Below are positions 57,181-64,000 of a DNA stretch of 64,000 bases, piece by piece. Under the pieces are notes generated by a model. The model made no database searches. It was not told the origin of the DNA and saw only the letters and a list, made by a program, of their open reading frames with translations. Numbering within the stretch: position 1 is the stretch's first letter; each line of letters opens with the position of its first letter. The stretch is from Anolis carolinensis (lineage: Eukaryota), in NCBI RefSeq assembly GCF_035594765.1, contig NC_085842.1, forward strand, positions 121,533,036 to 121,597,035, in the 5' to 3' direction. The position numbers and the translations under genes are program-made.

Positions 57181-58846
57181 TGTTATATCCCAGCTACCTT
57201 TGGCCCCTGTACCTGACCCTGGGTTTGCCTTTGACCAGGATGAAGAATATGTTGATATTTCTCCAACTCAGCAAGACCCGATGAATTTGCAGCTGCCACT
57301 TGTTGACGATACACAGCCAGCTCTAATTGAAAGGGAGAGTGTTGTGGATAACTCTACTCCCTTGCCAGATGTCTCTAGCTCACCGGAGTCTGTGTCCTTC
57401 AACCGGAGAGAGTATCTAAATAAGCAGAGATCTGAGAAACAAGCACGGAGGAGAAGTGCCCGCTTGGCTGAGCATGGAGACTCTCTCTAGAAGCCTTTCC
57501 CTTGGGAACTTTGGGGAGGAAGGCCCCCTTTTTTGCGGGGAGACTCTGCACTTCAATAAAAGTTTCTATGCTCTAGGCGATTTACAAGATAAAATTGTAA
57601 AGGATAAAAATACATACATACAAATATTGATAAAATTAACATAGATTAAAAGCTCTAGTAAAGAGCCAGGTCTTGAGTGCTAGGGTAAAAGCCCCTAACT
57701 CACGCATGGCTCTCATATAGGGTGGCAAGGCATTCCATAAGGCAGGGGCAGAAATAGAAAAAGCTCTGCATCTGGTCCTTTCCAAGTGCACTTCTCTAGG
57801 ACCCGGTACATAAAGTAAGTCTCGTTGGGATGGTCGTTGCGACCTCCGATGATGGGAGAAGGAGAGACGGTCCCTAAGGTACGATGGGCCCTGGCAGTAA
57901 AGAGTTTTAAAGGTCAGAACTAGCATCTTATATAGACCACGGTAATCAGTTGGAAGCCAATGCAGATGCTGCAGCACTGGTGTTATGTGGCATTTCATGC
58001 GTGTTCTTGTGAGTAGCCTGGCTGCCGCATTCTGAACAATACGGAGCTTTCGGGTCGTGGACATCGGAAAGCCAACATACAGGGCGTTGCAATAGTCCAG
58101 CCTAGATGTGACCGTGGCATGGATGACTGTTGCCAGAGCCTCATCAGATAGATAGGGTGCCAGTTGCCTCGCTTGTCATAGGTGGAAAAAGGCCTGTTTG
58201 CTGGCAGCAGCGACTTGAGCTTCCATTGTCAGCTGCGAATCTAAAGCGACACCCAGGCTCTTAACAGTAGGCGAAGGAGATAGGGCAGCACCATTGAAGG
58301 TGGGTAGCAAGTGGGTCAGACCAGTCGAGCGGCCATGCCAGAGAATCTCAGTCTTCGCTGGCTTCACCTTCAGTCTACTAGCTCGTAGCCAGTTCGACAG
58401 AGCCTCCAGACATAACGTGAAATTGTCTGGTATTGACGTTGCTCCAGGCTCCAAGCACAGAAGGAGTTGAGTGTCGTCGGATTTAAGTCTACTTTCCTGT
58501 CTTTTCATGAACCAAGATTTATTTCCATTATCTCATGTTTCTGCCTTGCTTCTAAGAACTATTCTTGAACATTTGGACCTTGATCATGTGCCTAGCTTGC
58601 TGACTTAATTCCCCACTCAAAGGCTATCATCAGTTTGAGTGTGTTTCGGTTCCCGGACATTGGACTCTAATACTGGACATATTCCTTGACATTTCTGGAC
58701 TATCTTACACCTTTTCTTAAAAGGCTATTGTTTGCTCAACTTTTCCACCATTTCATTTTTGGATTATTATTTGCTTTAATAAAGATATTAAAAGATTATT
58801 GGTCTCTGTGTCAGTTTTCAGTGCTCTCGCTGCCTGGACTACAACA
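57181..58846 (+). mobile_element. Solo LTR, Gypsy-like, 5-bp TSD, interrupted by L2
   Basis: tgttata...tacaaca termini. TSD tattc at 57176-57180 and 58847-58851. The AATAAA-containing 3' region resembles the LTR at 21401. Confidence 0.85.
57570..58478 (-). mobile_element. L2 LINE 3' fragment (RT C-terminus)
   Basis: DDTQLL...KTEILW...VKSLGVALDSQL and VQNAAARLLT...HITPVLQHLHWLP...AFSISAPALWNALP. Boundaries approximate. Confidence 0.88.
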
Positions 58847-59239
58847 TATTCTGTAGACACAATCCGTAATGTTTGGAATAAATATACTACCTATAGTATG
58901 TTCATTTTGATTGTCAATATTCTGTCCAATAAAGATAACTCTAGTTTGTACCATCTTTATAAGTCTTTTTGTATCTCTTTCCACATTTTTCATAATTGTT
59001 TTTGAAAGAGTCCGAACTGTTGTTTGCCAAATAAATTCCCAAGTATTTTCTTTTCTTTACTGTATCTATTTTTACCTCTTGTGACTGTTTCCTGATTCTT
59101 CTTGCTCATGTTATATGTCATACATGTCTTTTCTCTGTTTATAGATAAGACCATGACTTTTCCAAATTCCTTAATTATTTCTGGAATCTTTGGTATATTC
59201 TTTGAAGGATTATGAATAAATATCACTATATTGTCTGTT

Positions 59240-61946
59240 GTGTGGTGGTTTAAGCATTGGACTATGACCGAAGGCCTGAGTTTGCATCCCAGTTCAGCCA
59301 TGGAAGCCCACTGGATGACATTGACAACTCACACATTTCAGCATCAGTGGCAGGTGAAGACCCCATCTGAACAAATCTTGCTGACAAAACTCTATGATAG
59401 GTTTGCATTACGGTTGAGATAAGTCTGAAATGACTTGAAGGTACACAGCAACAGCTGAGGTGCAGATCAGATTTGCTGCAATTGGGACATAGGAGGATTA
59501 TTTTTTTACCTCTCACTCATGAGAGAGACTGCTATGACCACAAAAAAGAACTCCTCTTGTAATTCATAAAGTTGCCATAAGTTGTTCACTTTGTTTCTGT
59601 AGGTGGATTTTTTTTCTTGTCCTTATAGAATCATAGAATCATAGAATCATAGAATAGTAGAGTTGGAAGAGACCACATGGGCCATCTAGTCCAACCCCCT
59701 GCTAAGAAGCAGGAAATCACATTCAAAGCACCCCCGACAGATGGCCATCCAGCCTCTGCTTAAAAGCCTCCAAGGAAGGAGCCTCCACCATGGCCCCGGG
59801 GAGAGAGTTCCACTGTCGAACAGCTCTCACAGTGAGGAAGTTCTTCCTGATGTTCAGGTGGAATCTCCTTTCCTGTAGTTTGAAGCCATTGTTCCGTGTC
59901 CTAGTCTGCAGGGCAGCAGAAAACAACCTTGCTCCCTCCTCCCTTTGACTTCCCTTCACGTATTTGTACATGGCTATCATGTCTCCTCTCAGCCTTCTCT
60001 TCTGCAGGCTAAACATGCCCAGCTCTTTAAGCCGCTCCTCATAGGGCTTGTTCTCCAGACCCTTAATCATTTTAGTCGCCCTCCTCTGGACGCTTTCCAG
60101 CTTGTCAACATCTCCCTTCAACTGTGGTGCCCAAAATTGGACACAGTATTCCAGGTGTGGTCTGACCAAGGCAGAATAGAGGGGGAGCATAACTTCCCTG
60201 GATCTAGACACTATTCCCCTATTGATGCAGGCCAGAATCCCATGGCTTTTTTAGCAGCCGCATCACATTGTTGGCTCATGTTTAACTTGTTGTCCACGAG
60301 GACTCCAAGGTCTTTTTCGCACACACTGCTGTCAAGCCAGGCGTCCCCCATTCTGTATCTTTGATTTCCATTTTTTCTGCCGAAGTGAAGTATCTTGCAT
60401 TTGTCCCTGTTGAACTTCATTTTGTTAGTTTTGGCCCATCTCTCTAGTCTGTCAAGATCGTTTTGAATTCTGCTCCTGTCTTCTGGAGTGTTAGCTATCC
60501 CTCCCAGTTTTGTGTCGTCTGCAAACTTGATGATCGTGCCTTCTAACCCTTCGTCTAAGTCGTTAATAAAGATGTTGAACAGAACTGGGCCCAGGACGGA
60601 GCCCTGCGGCACTCCACTTGTCACTTCTTTCCATGATGAAGACGACGCATTGGTGAGCACCCTTTGGGTTCGTTCGCTTAGCCAATTACAGATCCACCTA
60701 ACCGTAGTTTTGTCTAGCCCACATTTTACTAGTTTGTTTGCCAGAAGGTCGTGGGGGACTTTGTCGAAGGCCTTACTGAAATCCAGGTACGCTACATCCA
60801 CAGCATTCCCTGTATCGACCCAACTCGTAACTCTATCGAAAAAAGAGATCAGATTAGTCTGGCATGACTTGTTTTTGGTAAATCCGTGTTGACTATTAGC
60901 AATGACCGCATTTGTTTCTAAGTGTTCGCAGACCACTTCCTTAATGATCTTTTCCAGAATTTTGCCTGGTATTGATGTGAGGCTGACTGGACGGTAATTG
61001 TTTGGGTCGTTCTTTTTTCCCTTCTTGAAGATAGGGACCACATTCGCCCTCCTCCAATCTTGCTGGACAACTTGTTTCCCTATTTGGGGTTGGATTTCCC
61101 CCAATCCTTCGTCCATTCCGTGTTGCTGAGGTTGAAGATGGCTTTCTTTTTCTGAGAAGACCGAGGCAAAGAAGGCATTAAGTAGTTCTGCCTTTTCCCT
61201 GTCCCCTGTCGCCATCACCCCATCTTCTCCTTGCAATGGCCCTATCGCCTCCTTTTTCTTCCTTTTTCTACCAACGTAAGCAAAAAAGCCTTTTTTGTTG
61301 TTTTTTATGTCCCTGGCAAGCCTGAGCTCATTTTGCGCTTTAGCCTTGCGAACCTTTTCCCTACAGGTGTTGGCTATACGTTTGAATTCTTCTTTGGTGA
61401 TTTCTCCCCTTTTCCACTTCTTGTGCATTTCACTTTTGAGCTTTAGCTCAGTTAGAAGTTCTTTGGACATCCATTCTGGCTTCTTTGCACTTGTCTTATT
61501 TTTCTTCTTTGTTGGCACTGTTTGCATTTGCGCCTTGAGCATTTCACTTTTGAAAAACTCCCATCCATCCTTAACTCCCTTGTTTTTTAATATCGGCGTC
61601 CATGGAATGCCGCTCAGTAATATGTTGTAATCTGTCCCTGTTCTTGCCCTCCCTTCCCATTACCCAAATCCCAAAGACTGAGATGATGAATCCTTGACAG
61701 GCTGTGAGCATCTAGGAGAATCAGTCCTAAGGAAAGAGTGAGCTGAGATGAACTAAACATGTTACAAACGATTTTTACACATATGTGTGTTCAATCAGTG
61801 CAGACCAGGTCTAGTAAATGCAGTACTGAGATCCTCATAAATGTTATGAGTGTCCAAATAATGAATAGTACATATAGAAAGATGCTATGGAAAATACGTG
61901 TTCCTGGTGGGAGCGGGAGAGGTCGGTGGAATCATGACACAGGATG
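59240..61946 (+). repeat. Local duplication copy B, split by CR1
   Basis: 59240-59626 and 61621-61946 together match 53140-54062. Confidence 0.9.
59627..61621 (-). mobile_element. CR1 LINE, 5'-truncated, with internal deletion and frameshift
   Basis: Near-identical to 31765-33897. Net 141-bp deletion at about 61062, 1-bp deletion at about 60243, and (TTCTATGA)n tail. Confidence 0.95.
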
Positions 61947-62559
61947 ATCATTCAAGCAGATGCAGACAGAAGCCACTCTGGTTCACTTCTTAAAATACTA
62001 TTACACAAGGTCTGAAAAAAAAACCCAAAAACTAAAAGATGCCCTTAAATCTGCTTTACACTTACCAATGTTGCAGACAAAAAATCTCTGCAAGGCAAAT
62101 TGTATTCTTTTTTCCTCTGTTAGAAATTGTAATGATTAAAAAGGATGTTAAATACCCAATTAGTGAAACTATTCTTCAAGAGTGTTCTAAGTCTGCCGGA
62201 TGAAACTATCTGGTGAGACCAACTGCACAGGTTGAAATTTAAATAATTTAAGATCATGCTATAAGAACCATGGGATTTAAAATTGTTTAACATAGCTAAG
62301 AATCCAACAGCCATAACATTCTGGGACTGCAAGGAGCCTCTGGACTGATTCCAAACAAGAAATAAGACAGGAAGTAACCATAGAGATGAACCATAGAGAT
62401 AAAACCATAGAGAAAATTACAGAGAAAACCAAAAAGTTTGAAATACAGAAAACAGGAAAACAACAAAAGGTCTGTAAGCAACTGCATACTAAAAGTGAAT
62501 GTGGCCGAAGGAAACACTAGGACAAATCTTCAAAAATTATCTGGTTTGTTTTTTTAAAT

Positions 62560-63870
62560 AAAAAGTTCAACTTGATTATAGAAATGACTGCAATGTCAAC
62601 AAGGCAAATATTGAAAGATCAGAAAGAAGCGCTCAGGAGAGGAACTTTTTCACAAGAAGATAAAATGAGGGAAATCTTGACCCAATTAAGAAGCATTACA
62701 GATGGAATTAAAAATGTGAAGGTAAGGATTGACAAAAGAATTACACAAGGTGAATATTATTTACATAAAATTCAACAAGAGACGAAGAAAGATATGCAAC
62801 AGATGGCAGACACAGGAACAGCAAAAACAGAAAATAAATGTAATTGAAGAGGCACAAAAGAAGATGCTAATGAATTTCCAAAGAGACCCAGCTCAACTAA
62901 AGATTTGAATATTTGCAAAGAGAATACTCTTTGAAGTTGAGAGGAATACCGGAATCTGTACAGTAACTTGATATGGCAGTAACCAAAGTAGTGGCTGGAA
63001 TCCATGGTAGACCAAAGCAAGTGGTCGAGACTCTAATCAACAAGACCTTTAAGGTCCAATCTCAACATGAAATAAGGAATAAATTTCCAAGAGATAGGTT
63101 TGTGTTGTTTGCAAGAAAGAAAGTATGAGACCAAGTTTTGCAAGCTCATGCCAAAGTACCAGGATTGAAGTATTAAGAGAACTTCCACCTCAGACAATAA
63201 AAAAAAAGAGATTACTTTTTCCTGGCAGATGAACTTAAGAATAAAGGCTACAGATTCAGATAGGAAAACCCAGAAGGAGTGATGGTATCTTACAAAGGAC
63301 AAAGATATTGGCTAACATCAGTCATTAAGGCACAGGATTTTTTTAAATGAGAAATACAAAAAAGACTTAGATTCAGAATAAATATTATAAGACCAAGGAG
63401 AAAGAGAACACCTAAGAAGGCAAGAAGTGATGGGAACATCAATAGATCCTGGATAAGGAAGATGTTCAACAACAGCAACAGGGTACTCCACATGATGAAG
63501 AAGAATTGGATGATTATCTATTATCTCAAGAATTAGGACCCTAAAGATACTTTCTTTAATTATAAATGGACTACATTTGCGAAACAAGAGGAGAAGAGCT
63601 TTTCATTATTTGTGATTACTAGAAACAAGAAGAAATTCTCACTCATGATTTATGGATAACAAAAATGATGGATCTGGCAGAAATTGAGAAATTAATCAGG
63701 TTTATACAATCTCCAGATCATCCCAAATTTGAAGAAGAAATCTAATACAGTAATAGTTAGAGATGGACAAACTGACTAGGATTTTATAATGGCTAGATTC
63801 AAATTTGCAGAAGAATGGCAGCCTTTTATTGACTATTTAAAAGAAGAAAAGAAAATGAAAATGTTAGGTT
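62560..63870 (+). mobile_element. Degraded, internally deleted L1-clade remnant
   Basis: A-rich coiled-coil ORF1-like region, endonuclease start LKILSLIINGL...KRRRAFHYL at 63541, then ORF2 C-terminal-like MDLAEIEKL. Confidence 0.6.
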
Positions 63871-64000
63871 TTCTATAGTATCAAGGGGAAAATAGTAGTG
63901 CAGGGTTGTAGGTATAATAAGAAAAGAACAATAGAGAAGTTAGTGATAAGAATAACAGGAACCCCAATTATATCCAAGGGATCCTGGAAAGTTAATCTGC

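Larger units (their letters stand above)
56090..59230 (-). mobile_element. Degraded L1-clade LINE ORF2 remnant, interrupted by an LTR
   Basis: RGGMALSNLGLYYEAAA near 57045-57095 and VIFIHNP...IKEFGKV...INREKT near 59120-59230. Many stop codons. Confidence 0.75.

Overview
This is squamate (Anolis-type lizard) nuclear DNA, judged from Sauria SINEs, CR1 elements with (TTCTATGA)n tails, and Penelope and Vingi elements. Two host genes lie on the minus strand in the known vertebrate order. The first is TENM2 (teneurin-2): its last four coding exons at 51394-39099 encode the YD/RHS shell, Tox-GHH region and TCAP-2. About 37 kb downstream is the CpG island and first coding exon of WWC1/KIBRA (1845-1727, WW domain), which the ORF track misses. 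The rest is intron or intergenic DNA dense with transposable elements. These include a young CR1 with an intact ORF2 inside a Sauria SINE, a near-identical inverted CR1, three solo LTRs with target-site duplications (TSDs), one partial LTR, Penelope elements carrying hammerhead ribozyme cores, and L1, L2, RTE and Vingi remnants, SINEs and MITEs. Four observations stand out. (1) Three different LTRs carry acidic ORFs in the same phase from the LTR edge, and two share an ungapped FxRRxY-x10-RRSxR[IL]A peptide resembling the HMGN RRSARL nucleosome-binding motif. (2) A sense-strand hammerhead core sits inside a ~285-bp-arm Penelope hairpin in a TENM2 intron. (3) An intronic duplication has reciprocal filled and empty transposon sites. 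(4) A 1.68-kb solo LTR and an overlapping uORF lie near WWC1. No clearly new multi-gene system is evident; the novelty candidates are transposon-derived and remain hypotheses.
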